64,000 nucleotides of DNA from positions 16,306,001 through 16,370,000 of the forward strand of contig OX597816.1 in the NCBI GenBank assembly GCA_951406725.2, given 5' to 3'. The stretch comes from Octopus vulgaris. Its lineage: Eukaryota. Shown piece by piece: positions 28,132-40,885 of the stretch (position 1 is its first letter; every line of letters starts with the position of its first letter). The notes under the pieces are model-generated. The model did not search any database and was not told the DNA's origin. It saw only the letters and a program-made list of their open reading frames with translations. Made by a program: the position numbers and the translations under genes.

Positions 28132-29240
28132 AAACTCAGTACAACTAAATATACACGTTGCTGCAAGAATTTGTTTTGAATCCAAGTGAAATACCAATAT
28201 TTCTGTGCGTACACATCTCTCTACTTCTGCTTTGCTGCTGTCTTTTGGGAACTGAGAACCATGTTTCTTAAGAGTTGCATGATGAGATGAATTTGGGTAA
28301 TTAATAACAGAAATATAACCGGCACCAATAAATGGATACAAGAAGACACTGAAGATGTACATGGGAACAGCTTTCGCTTGCCTTCTTCTTTATGCATCAA
28401 GAATCACCTGTTGCTCAGCATTGCAAGCTAAGAATACATAAGCCAAATATTCATTACATTTGGTTTTCACTGCAAGATGTGACACCTGACCTTGGAAGTT
28501 AAATATGGAAGACATAAGATTCTAAACTTATTCTGACCAGAAGCAACAACATCATAAACTACTGAGATGATGTAAGATGATCAATAAGAGGATTAGATTC
28601 AGTAACATTGATTGCAGGTAAGTGATAACATATTCATGTATGTGCATATATATATATATATATATAAGCGTATTTGTTCATAGCCTATATCTTTTATCTT
28701 TTACTAGTCTTCAGTCATTAAACTGGGGCATTGGCTTGAAGAATTTTTCAGTTGAATGAATCAACCCCACTACTAATCTGTTTTTGTTAAACTTCATACT
28801 TATTCTATCGATCTCTTTTTCTGAACTGCTAAGTTACAGAGATGCAAGCACACCAAGAACCAGTTATCAAGCTGTGGTGGGAAACAAACACAGACACACA
28901 CACACATACACATGCACACACACACATATATATGGCAGACTTCCTTCAGTCTCCATCTACCAAATTCACCCAGAAGGCTTTGGCTGATCCAAGGCTATAG
29001 TAGAAGACACTTGCCCAAGGTGCCACATAGTGAGACTGAACCCACAACCATGTGGTTGAGAAGCAAGCTTCTTATATAAATCCAGCTTGTCCATAAGTAA
29101 TAAAATAACAAACATTCATTATGAGAAATAGTGTGGTTATATTTTTTTTGATTGAGCAGTATATTACTGGTTAGGGAATATATTTTTATTTCGTTTTTGG
29201 ATTTGGTTTGCAAGATTCTTTATATGAGTTCGTGTATTGA
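28129..29240 (+). repeat. Local duplication X (derived copy of 32443-34138 with a ~585-bp internal deletion)
   Basis: Near-identical unique sequence and duplicated ORF-track peptides. The deletion junction ttcata|gcctatatc is at ~28683. Confidence 0.95.
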
Positions 29241-30790
29241 TGTATGTATGTATGTATGTATGTATGTATGTATGTATGCATGTATGCATGTATGCATGTA
29301 TGTATGTGTGTATGTATGTATGTATGCTTGTATGTGTGTGTATGTATGTATGTGTGTGTATATGTGTGTATATGTGTGTGTCTGTGTTTGTCTCCCAACA
29401 TCGCTTGACAACCGATGCTGGTGTGTTTACGTCGCCGTCACTTAGCGGTTCGGCAAAATAGACCGATAGAATAAGTACCAGGCTTACAAAGAATAAGTCC
29501 TGGAGTCGATTTGCTCGACGAAAGACGGTGCTCCAGCATGGCCACAGTCAAATGACTGAAACAATTAAAAGAGTAAAAGAGTAACTGAACCACAATCACA
29601 GCCGTTAACTGACTTAAGTTTCTAGAGTTAGCTCCCTTTATGGAATCGATTCGTTTTTTTCTCAATTTTTCTTTTTCCTTTAAACATTTCTTTTGGAAGA
29701 TCGCAGTTCGTACACGAACTAAGGAAAGTATCCATAATTCATATATCCGAAAAGCTTTTAGACCAATGCTGGAATTATGTAACGTGTCAAGGAAAAGAGC
29801 CAAATACTTCGAAATTTCACATTAATTCAGTACCGTGGTCGACCTCACCTTTCATTAGAGATTAGTCAATGTTATCGACTTTATTGCTTCTCCTGAAATT
29901 ATTGGCCTTGTACCAAAATGAGAAAAAATTATTTCTGATCCCCACTATCTTTTTGCTTAATGCCTTGTACTTAATAAAAGTATTTATTATTACTGAGTTA
30001 GCAGAACTGTCTACTTCTGTAGGCAAGTGTCTTCTACTATAGCGTCGGGCCGACCAAAGCCTTGTGAGTGGATTTGGTAGACGGAAACTGAAAGAAGCCC
30101 GTCGTATATATGTATATGTATATATATATATGTGTTTGTGTGTCGGTGTTTGCCCCCCCCCCCCAACATCGTTTGACAACCAATGCTAGTGTGTTTACGT
30201 CCCCGTAATTTAGCGGTTCGGCAAAAAAAAAAAACCGATAGAATAAGTACTGGGCTTGCAAAGAATAAGTCCTGGGGTCGATTTGCTCGACTAAAGGCGG
30301 TGCTCCAGCATGGCCGCAGTCAAATGACTGAAAACAAGTAAGTAAAGAGAATCGTTATTACGCCGGGGAAAATACATAGAGGTATTTCGTCCGTCTTCGT
30401 GTTCTGAGTTCAAATTCTGCCATGGCCGACTTCGCCTCTCATCCTTTCGGGGTCGATAAATTAAGTACCAGTTCAGTACCGGGGTCGATGTAATCTATTT
30501 AACCCATCCCCGAACTTGTTGGTCTTTTGCCAAAATTTGAAATCATTATTATTATTATTTAGTGAGAGAGCAGCACACGCCATCAAAATGGTGCTCGGTT
30601 ACAAATTTACGAAACCCGATATACCCATCATGACTACACGTCTGATATGGGTACACTAGGCACATGCATCATAATCATATGTGCGAGCCATGGTGACCTC
30701 ATATCAAGATAAACACTGCATGACCTTACGAGTGGGGCCCGGTTGAGATTTCCTTCAGGTCGGGTAACCCATCCTGCTCAAAAATATATC
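29241..30790 (+). repeat. Local duplication Y (direct copy of ~42145-43690)
   Basis: Same microsatellite, SINE A halves, unique spacer and SINE B, with scattered substitutions. Confidence 0.95.
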
Positions 30791-30847
30791 TAATCGACTG
30801 GCCCCCTCCCCCAAAATTTCGGGCCATGTAGAAAACAATATTCGTGG

Positions 30848-31138
30848 TGCCTTTAAATCTACTAAGTATAGATGCAGATGTGTTAAAAGATTAATTTTGA
30901 GGATTTGATCAAAGATTATGATCAAAGATTATGATCAAAGTAGGAGGAAACCTTTCAAATATAAATGGAGTAGAAGTAATAAACATTATTTCCCCTCTTA
31001 CTGTTTTGTTTCGTAGTTTGAAAAATAAAAATTCATTTTATGGTTTATTATTGGTTATATTTTGAATTACATAATATTTCATGGGGGCACCAAATCTTTT
31101 AAGTGCTTAGGGCCTCGATGGGTCTTAATCCGGCCCTG
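30848..31138 (+). mobile_element. 3' end of a hAT (Tip100/ZMYM-like) DNA transposon
   Basis: Decayed C-terminal dimerisation-domain peptide LNLLSIDADVLK.INFEDLIKD..SRRKPF; terminus ...ttaatccggccctg. Confidence 0.7.
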
Positions 31139-32186
31139 CATCAGTCGATTACACTGACACCAATACAAGACTGATGCTTATTTTATCGACCTAGAAAAGA
31201 TGAAATGCAAAGTCGACCTGGGCAGGATATGTGCTCAGAACAAAATGAGCTGAAAAAATATCGCTAAGTATTTTGTCAAACGTACTGATGATTCTGATGG
31301 CTTGCCACCTTACGCAAGCTAAATGTTCTAATTTTGGCACAAGGCCAGCAATTTTTAAGGGAGAGGAAAGTTGGCCTCAGTGCTCAATTGGTATTTATTT
31401 TATCGACCCCGAAATTATGAAAGACAAAGTCAATGTCTGCGGAATTTGAACCCAGAACGTAAAGACGAAAGAAATGCAGTTATGTGTTTTTTCCGTCGCG
31501 GTAACGATTTTGCCAGGTCACCGCGTTAAACCGCGGCGGAAAACTTTGATTTCAAATTTTGGCACTAGGCAAGTGTTATCGTGCGAGGGGATAAGTTGAT
31601 TACATCGATCCCAGTGTCCAACTGGTGCTTATTTTATCGACTTCGAGAACACGAAAGGCAAAGTCGACCTCGGCGGGATTTGAACTTAAAATGTAAAGAC
31701 AGGCGAAATGCCGCTAAACACTTTTCCCGGCGTGTTAACGATTTTGCCAGCTCACAGCCTTAAACGTCGGTGGTAAATATAAAGAAAAATTAGTAGATAG
31801 CTATGACGTAGCATATCAAGTGAAACGAAGATTATGTTTGCTGTCTCAGTTTCAGTTTTTCATTGTACCTCTTTTAAAATTCTCCTTCCTTTTCATGACA
31901 CATAAGCTACAATCTATTCCGGTTCAGTAAGCAAAGCAAATCGTTTTTTTTTAAAACTTGTTTACTCTCGAACCAAAATTTTTATTCAAGTTTTCTTCAT
32001 ATATATTCACATAATTCGAGGAAGTAACAATAATCCTTTCTACTATAGGCACAAGGCCTGAAATTTGGGGGAAGGGGTTAGTCGATTATATCGACTCCAG
32101 TACTCAGGTGGTACTTATTTTATCGAACCCAAAAGGATGAAAAGCAAAGTCGACCTCGGCGGTATTTGAACTCAGAACGCTTTATC

Positions 32187-32219
<33 letters not shown>

Positions 32220-32360
32220 TGCCACGAAAAATACTTAATCTAAAATGGAATTAATGTGGTGATAATTTTAGCATGCAAAAGTGCCCTTGCTACTCTTGAC
32301 CTCCTGAGGATGGCCGGTACTAAAGCAGGTGAAATAAAGTTATAATGAAAGGAAACCATA

Positions 32361-32390
<30 letters not shown>
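31097..32390 (-). repeat. Local duplication Z (inverted copy of ~44070-45386), containing four SINE B copies
   Basis: cttttaagtgcttagggcctcgatggg (31097) is the reverse complement of ~45360-45386; aaaggaaaccataa (~32350) is the reverse complement of ~44113. Confidence 0.95.
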
Positions 32391-32446
<56 letters not shown>

Positions 32447-33117
32447 AAACTCAGTACAACTAAATATACACGTTGCTGCAAGAATTTGTTTTGAATCCAA
32501 GTGAAATACCAATATTTCTGTGCGTACACATCTCTCTACTTCTGCTTTGCTGCTGTCTTTTGGGAACTGAGAACCATGTTTCTTAAGAGTTGCATGATGA
32601 GATGAATTTGGATAATTAATAACAGAAATATAACCGGCACCAATAAATGGATACAAGAAGACACTGAAGATGTACATGGGAACAGCTTTCGCTTGCCTTC
32701 TTCTTTATGCATCAAGAATCACCCTTGCTCAGCATTGCAAGCTAAGAATACATAAGCCAAATATTCATTACATTTGGTTTTCACTGCAAGATGTGACAAC
32801 TGACCTTGGAACTTAAATATGGAAGACATAAGATTCTAAACTTATTCTGACCAGAAGCAACAACATCATAAACTACTGAGATGATGTAAGATGATCAATA
32901 AGAGGATTAGATTCAGTAACATTGATTGCAGGTAAGTGATAACATATTCATGTATGTGCATATATATATATATATATAAGCGTATTTGTTCATAGTTGTT
33001 GATTCATTTGGGAACAGGTGAATGAGTCACAAAAGTAAAACTCAGAGTAGTGAGGAAATGAATCACAAACTCCCAGCAAATGAACTCAAATGTGTAAGTG
33101 TGTGTGTGAGAAAGAGA

Positions 33118-33151
<34 letters not shown>

Positions 33152-33164
33152 ATACATGCACATA

Positions 33165-33381
33165 TTCTTTTATTATTTTACATGTTTCAGTTATTTGATT
33201 GCAGCCATGCTGGAGCATCACCTTTAGTCGAACAAATCGACTCCCAGGATTTATTCTTTGTAAGCCTAGTACTTATTATATCAGTCCTTTTGCTGAACTG
33301 CTAAGTTACGGGGACGTAAGCACATCAACATCAGTTGTCAATCGATGGTGAAGGGAGGGATACACATAGACACACAAATCT

Positions 33382-33421
<40 letters not shown>

Positions 33422-33580
33422 GACGGGCTTCTTTGAGTTTCCATCTACCAAATCCATTCATAAGGCTCTGGTCGGCCCAAGGCTATAGTAGAAGAAACTT
33501 GTCCAAGGTGCAATTCTGTGGAACTGAACCTGGAACCATGTGGTTGGGGAGAACGCTTCTTACCACATAGCCACTCCTGA
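33165..33580 (-). mobile_element. SINE A (absent from duplicate X)
   Basis: Full head and tail; lies within the segment deleted from 28129-29240. Confidence 0.85.
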
Positions 33581-34084
33581 GCCTATATCTTTTATCTTTT
33601 ACTAGTCTTCAGTCATTAAACTGGGGCATTGGCTTGAAGAATTTTTCAGTTGAATGAATCAACCCCACTACTAATCTGTTTTTGTTAAACTTCATACTTA
33701 TTCTATCGATCTCTTTTTCTGAACTGCTAAGTTACAGAGATGCAAGCACACTAAGAACCAGTTATCAAGCTGTGGTGGGAAACAAACACAGACACACACA
33801 CACATACACATGCACACACACACATATATATGGCAGACTTCCTTCAGTCTCCATCTACCAAATTCACCCAGAAGGCTTTGGCTGATCCAAGGCTATAGTA
33901 GAAGACACTTGCCCAAGGTGCCACATAGTGAGACTGAACCCACAACCATGTGGTTGAGAAGCAAGCTTCTTATATAAATCCAGCTTGTCCATAAGTAATA
34001 AAATAACAAACATTCATTATGAGAAATAGTGTGGTTATATTTTTTTTGATTGAGCAGTATATTACTGGTTAGGGAATATATTTT

Positions 34085-34335
34085 TATTTCGTTTTTGGAT
34101 TTGGTTTGCAAGATTCTTTATATGAGTTTGTGTATTGAAGCATATTCTGTTGTGTCTGGGGAGAGTCATTTTCTTTTGGCGCCTTATAATGTAACACACT
34201 CACCGCTTATTTCTTATTTATATTTTCCTAAAATTTTCGTTATAAATAAGAAACAAGTGGAAATTTTACCGGTGAGTGTGTTACATTATAAGGCACTAAA
34301 AGAAAATGACTCTCCCCAGACACAACAGAATATAT
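34085..34335. mobile_element. Palindromic MITE-like element
   Basis: atattctgttgtgtctggggagagtcattttct..cactcaccg is the reverse complement of cggtgagtg..agaaaatgactctccccagacacaacagaatat. Related pieces at ~2560-2765. Confidence 0.8.
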
Positions 34336-35051
34336 TTTTAATTTAACTGATTAGAGTGTTATCTTTGGTTCAATGCCAATTATTGTTTTTTGCAGTATTG
34401 ACAACTGTATCTGAAGAGACGTCAGTATTGTCAAGTGCAATGGTCTCCACGAAACCACCGGTAACATTCTGACTAGTAATATATTATAATCAATAAAATG
34501 GTACTTGATAATATAGGTGTAGACTTAGTGCAAGATGAAAGTCAGTTAGTGCAAATTTCACAAGAATGCTTATTTTCTATGTACGGTTTTATTGATTGCT
34601 TGTAGAGACACTGCATTTCGTTTTGCCACCATGATATTATACTACCACGTCTATGAAAGGTCTATTAGTCGATATTGTGTCCTACTTTTCGTGTTAACAG
34701 TGAGTTGTTTTCGTTTTAAAGATTTTCTCTCCAGCATTGAAAGTGTCGATGTTTCGTATACGAATACGTTTATGTAAATAAAGCGATCGTGTATTGTTTA
34801 CATAGAAACATCCGTATACGAAACATCTACACTCTCAGTGCTAGCTCTGAATTCTATAGAAAATCTGTAGAAATAAATAAAAATTATGTTATATTTATAA
34901 TACTACGACGTCGTTATTTATCCAAGAGAAACGTGTGTATGTGTGTATCTCACAAATTCATCAAACACGTTCAGCAAGGGCTAAGCGAAATTCCTAAAAG
35001 ACAGTAATTTTTGTGACCCTAGTCTAAGCAGTCTAACTATTCCCTCCCACC

Positions 35052-35704
35052 CCTAACACCCGTGAACATGTTTATAAAGTCAGAAAACAGCACAGCTCCC
35101 ATGACTTTCGGAAACATTTTTTCACGCTAAGAGTTGCTGAAGCATGGCACAAACTGCTGGCATCAGTTGTTAGTTGTCGGAGCACTGCATCCTTCAAAAC
35201 TTCCATGCTTTCTGAGATTCGCCAACACTACACCTGATCTTTCTCCCCTCCATACACACGCAAGCATGTATCTGACTCATACACTGTTCACTTGGTGCCC
35301 TGGGACAGGTAATGATGTATAAAGGAGCTAAATAACTCTGAGCACCTTTTCAAACTCCACCTGTCTAACACCCGTGGACATGTTTACAAAGTCAGAAAAC
35401 AGCACAGCTCCCATGGCTTTCGGAAACATTTTTTCACACTAAGAGTTGCTGAAGTATGGAATAAACTGCTGGCATCAGTTGTTAGTTGTCAGAGCACTGC
35501 ATCCTTCAAAACTTCCATGCTTCCTGAGATTCGCCAACACTACACCTGATCTTTCTCCCCTCCGTACACACGCAAGCATGTATCTGACTCATACACTGCT
35601 CACCTTCCAGACATTTGTACATTACTGCATATGCTTTATACGCACTTTTGACAAGGTGTGGTGCACCCGAGCACTGTATACAATAATTTCATTATTATTA
35701 TTAT
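35052..35704 (+). mobile_element. Two tandem 3' ends of a CR1-like LINE
   Basis: Each encodes NTR(E/G)HVYKVRKQHSSH.FRKHFFTLRVAE.W.KL; the second ends in (ATT)n. A third fragment lies at ~56519-56735. Confidence 0.85.
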
Positions 35705-35987
35705 AACACACAATGGGATGGGATAAGACGGAACATGTTATGAGACATGATGGACAACACTTGTATTTATTGGACAGTACAAGAATTATTTCGGCATCAT
35801 TTCAGTTTTCTGATCGAATGATGTATTTTATGAAGAAACTTCAACAGAGCATGATCGTTGCTTCAAGGTTTATTATTCTAAAATAAATCCTTGTATTTAT
35901 TAATGACGTGTGGGGGACATCATATTTCGTTATGCAACCATAATATACTACAAAGTCTATTAAACGTCTTTTTAAGTTAATACTGTG

Positions 35988-36327
35988 GGATCTTTTCACT
36001 TTGACCGGCAGATTTTTAAAATAATTTCTTTGTAACTAAACACTTTTAAACTTCGTATACTGGTAGAATGCGTTACATAAAACATTTTTTCTCTTGGCTT
36101 TCTTGAGAAAATTCTGTAGTTTGTAAACTGTTTCTTGTTAAATTTCTTGCATTTCGGCAATTTCAACCAATCAATGACGTCTATTGAGGTGAATACAATT
36201 TCTGCTGTTCTTTGTCAGCAACATTTTCTGTTTTATGTAACACATTCTAACCAGTATTACGAAGTTTAAAAGTGTTTAGTTACAAAGAAATTATTTTAAA
36301 AATCTGCCGGTCAAAGTGAAAAGATCC
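35988..36327. mobile_element. Merlin-like MITE, long-TIR variant
   Basis: Termini GGATCTTTTC...GAAAAGATCC, ~90-bp inverted arms, 8-bp TSD atactgtg/atgctgtg. Confidence 0.85.
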
Positions 36328-37056
36328 ATGCTGTGTTCTTCTGTGGTAGCAGTGCTATTACGTCTCTTGTGAAGTTTATCTCTGCAGATTTTGGTTTATT
36401 GGCTGATAAATTATCAAGAAGCACACGTTTCTACTGATAGGATCTTGGTTTTTCTCACTGTTGTACAGATTTAGATATTATGCTCTGGTTGTAAGTACAA
36501 AGAAGAGTTACCCTTAATAGATACACATAGACATCCACCTACGCAAGTACTTTCTTTTTGTCTATTTTTGCGAACGGCTTGCTTTACAAGTTACGTACCT
36601 TGTTCTGCGCCAGTAGTTTCCCATTATATTAATTTGTTTGTTCAGGTTGTATTACAAACCAAAATGTATAACACAACATAATATTATTCACAATGCGTAA
36701 TAATGTAAAAATAAACGTCTATTCTCTGAAGACTCAATAAGCCTATTAAATTTCAAGCATCGAATATACTGAAAGCATTAGATTATACTAATAGTCAGTA
36801 AGTAGTCTTTCTTATATCTAAAATTTTAAGGAGATAGTTTGGCATAGAAATGTGGGTGTGGCGAATTTAACCGCAGCTTACATATCTTAAAATTCTCCCT
36901 ATACATAAATGTAAGTGTGTGTGTGTGTGTGTGTGCATATATGTGCGTGCGCGCGTCCCCACACACGCGCAGATGAGGGAATGAATAAACAAAGGGAAAA
37001 AAAGCAGTCAATACATTTAAATGGAGGCATTACATACTTCGTAACCGGTTGACGTA

Positions 37057-37127
37057 GCTGCACATTATTTTGAGTTTCGTGGGCGTTGAACACACCCACA
37101 TCGTCAGATGTTTCTGAGCTGTGCAGC
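37057..37127 (-). ncRNA. Type I hammerhead ribozyme-like motif with bulged stem I
   Basis: - strand: gctgc acagctcagaa acat CTGACGA t GTGGGTGT gttca ACGCCCAC GAAA ctcaaa ATA atgt gcagc. 8-bp stem II and 4+5-bp stem I; stem III is mismatched. Confidence 0.65.
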
Positions 37128-37279
37128 CAACAATGTGGACATGATTTATGGTCACGAAACTTTAAAGTAATGTATACCTGAATCATTCTGCTGGGTATGT
37201 GTGTGTGTGCGTGCGCATATGTAAGTACGTATATACTAGTAAGTCAAAATTATTCACTGAAATAAAATCGTATATATAT

Positions 37280-37343
<64 letters not shown>

Positions 37344-37455
37344 GTATATGTAAAAAATACAAACTGGGACAAGACGATACAAAAAAACACGGACGGGACA
37401 TTCGAAGCCTTCAATCTTCAGTCAAGAACCGGATCATCCTCGCAATTTCGGCTGA

Positions 37456-37509
<54 letters not shown>

Positions 37510-37629
37510 AGAGCTGTAGCTAGCCACGTCGATAGTTTCGACCGTTGTTACTGAGTTGCATTCAGCTAATGTACCACCTTTAAAATATGTCATAAAAGTT
37601 AGTTTATCAGATTATTAATATCATCATCA

Positions 37630-37685
<56 letters not shown>

Positions 37686-37732
37686 ATTATTATTATTATT
37701 ATTATTATTATTATCATTATTATTATTATTAC

Positions 37733-37799
<67 letters not shown>

Positions 37800-38058
37800 G
37801 AAGCGAGCTGGCAGAATCGTTAGCACGCCGGGCAAAATGCCGAGCAGCATATCCTCCTTTATTTTCAGGGTTCCAATGCCACCGAGGTCGACTTTGCCTT
37901 TTGTCCTTTCGGAGTTGATGAAATATATACCAGTTGACCACCGGGTTCGATGTAATTGGCTTGCCCCCTCTCTCGAAACTGCTGGCTTTGTGGTTAGGGC
38001 TATTTAGTTTAAACCTTCCGTCAAATTTTCACATTAATTTATATTCTAGCCACCAGTT

Positions 38059-38481
38059 GGATCTTTTCGGTTTGAACGGCAGTTTTTTAAAATAATTTCC
38101 ACGTAACTAAACACTTTTAAACTTCGTATACTAGTAGAATGTGTTTATAAAACATCTTTTTCTCTTGGCTTTATTGAGAAAATTCTATAGTTTGTAGGAT
38201 ATTTGTTGTTTTTTTTTCTTCAATTTCTGCAATTTCAACCAATCAAATACGTCTATTGAGGTAAAAAAAAAACATTCTGTGCCGTATGAATATATCCCTC
38301 GTTTAAGAAACAGATTGGGTTTATTTACATTTGCGAAGAAAAAAAAATACCCTTCCCCCCACCCCTACCCCTAACCCTAAAACAGATTGAAATGCAATAG
38401 ATCGATACTAGGGTCATTATTATGGGTGACAATTTCATATGACACCGCTAGAAAAAACTGCCGTTCAAACCGAAAAGATCC
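38059..38481. mobile_element. Merlin-like MITE, complete
   Basis: TIR ggatcttttcggtttgaacggcagtttttt; perfect 8-bp TSD caccagtt at 38051-38058 and 38482-38489. Confidence 0.92.
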
Positions 38482-39221
38482 CACCAGTTTAATCACTATA
38501 TACTTATTTGACTAAATTTCCTCTCATTTTCAAAATTAATTGGAAGAAAGACAATGTATGTCTACTGAAACACAATAACGAGGGTCCGTAGTGTATTGAA
38601 GTTTACATTGTACTGAGATACTTCTGGATAAAAAAAATGTGCTTAGAAAACAGCTTCGAATATATTCAGGTTTAGATTTTTATTTTCGTTAATATCACAT
38701 TTTTTAATATAACTTCATTGAGTGTGTACTATACCTTTGCGCTAAAGTACATTAGTCTAAAGCTGTCATGGGCAGCTGCATATCTTTTGACTTTGTGGAT
38801 CTGCATCACTTATGCGCAAGCCGTATGTAATATATAAACGTGATGGATGTGAGTGCTTTCGAACGACTCCGTAGAAAGTCTTGTGCATCCGACGGTATGG
38901 TTTCACTTTCCAGTCTACTTCGTGCTCGAGATAAACAAGTGAAATGGTTTGTAAATCAAATAGGTTATCATACAGTAATGTACGTTGAAAACTCCTGTTT
39001 CTTATGAAGTGGCTGGGTAAAACGTGATCTGATGTGATCGTGGCAGATTTTGTGGAAACTATTCTACAGGTCTGCTAGTTGGAGGTATGATCAAAACAGA
39101 AAATGACTGAATAGCAATGATAACAAGGTAGGACACATTATTAACGGTATTAAGCCTTTAATATACTATAATTGCATAACGAAATGCAGTGTCCCTACTA
39201 GAAATTAATATTTACTTAGCC

Positions 39222-40085
39222 AAGGCGACGGGCTGGCAGAATCGTTAGCGCGCCGGGCGAAATGCTTAGCGGTATTGCGTCCGTCTTTACGTTCTGAGTT
39301 CAAATTCCGCCGAAGTCGACTTTGCCTTTCCTCCTTTCGGAGTCGATAAATTAAGTACCAGTTACGCACTGGGATCGATGTAATCGACTTAATCCCTTTG
39401 TCTACCCTTGTTTATCCCCTCTATATTTAGCCCCTTATGGGCAATAAAGAAATAAGAATCGTTAGCGGCATTTCGTCTGTCTTTTAAGTTCAAATTCCGC
39501 CTAGATCGCCTTTAACTTTTATCCTTTCAGGGCCGATAAAATTAGTCCCACTTGAACACTGAGGTGGATGTAATCTACTTTGCTGACCTTGTGCCAGAAT
39601 TTCACATCAATATTTACTCGGACAGTCTAGCAGTTGTTCTCTTCCATGTTTTTGTGAAGGAGGCGTAACATACTGTGATAGGTTTGATTACATGTATATG
39701 ACATACATATATTATACCATGAGCCAGGTCAGTTTTTATGAGAGGGTTTTATGTTTACGATTTTAGACTGACATGTTACCTAATTTTATATTTATTTATA
39801 TATATATTTTAATTACCTCCTCTGAGACAGCTGGCTTTGTTATATAAACAAAATGTTTGCGTAACAAACGCTTTTGGAGATGTACAAATTCATTTGCACA
39901 CCGGGCAAAATGCTTACCGGCATGTCATCCGTCTTTATGTTCTGAGTTCAAATTCCGCCGTGGTCGACGTTGCCTTTCGTCCTTTCGCAGTCGATAAAAT
40001 AAGCACCAGTTGAACATTGGGGTCGATATAATCAACCTATCCCTCACCTAGAATTGCAGGCGTTGTGCCAAAATTTGAAACCATT
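39222..40085 (+). mobile_element. Cluster of SINE B copies (39222-39455, 39456-39600, 39898-40085)
   Basis: Family B core motifs with CpGs retained. Confidence 0.85.
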
Positions 40086-40526
40086 AATTTGACAAGCTGG
40101 CGTGATCTCTACTTAATACTCATTTTTAACTTAGGAAAAATAATAGTTTTACGTTTATTGGAGATAGAGGTGGAGAAATAACATTATGTAAAAGATTTAT
40201 AGTTCTATATTTATTGTGACTCCGAAACAAGCAAAATCTCGCCTCTGCATTCACTGCGTACACTAACTACTTTAAAATCTTTCAAGTTCTAACGTTATGG
40301 CAAGAAAATGGAACTTCCTCGAATAGCTTACTCTAAAGGAAGTGCAAATCCTTGGTTGATGATGAGTTTTTCAGGCTCGGTGTTGTATTTTGTTAATAGA
40401 GTTAAAGAGGTCGACTTTTGATGGCACAATACGTCACTGAATGGATATAATGTCAACGTTGAAAACAATGCAGACACACACACACGTACAGGAATACACC
40501 CACAAACACACACACATATATATATC

Positions 40527-40822
40527 ACCGTGATCGACCAGGCTATCAGATGTTGCTATACGTACACATCGCTGGTCACAATGCGCTTCGCATTGTTTTA
40601 GTCTTCAAGTGACGTCACCCCGCTGGCTAAGCGAGCAGGCCAACAGTAGAAAGAGTGAGAGAAAGTTGTAGCGAAAGAGTACAGCAGGGATCCCCACCAC
40701 CTCCTGCCGGAGCCTCGTGGAGCTTTAGGTGTTTTCGCTCAATGAACACTCACACTCTGAGAATCGAAACCACGATCGTACAACCGAGAGTCCGCTGCCC
40801 TAACTACTGGGCCATTGCGCCT

Positions 40823-40823
<1 letters not shown>
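40527..40823 (-). mobile_element. SINE D, short-tail form
   Basis: Matches 10437-10747. Confidence 0.88.

Positions 40824-40885
<62 letters not shown>

Noticed and set aside
38360-38382. Telomere-like ccctaaccctaa
   Set aside because: Only about two units, and internal to the MITE.
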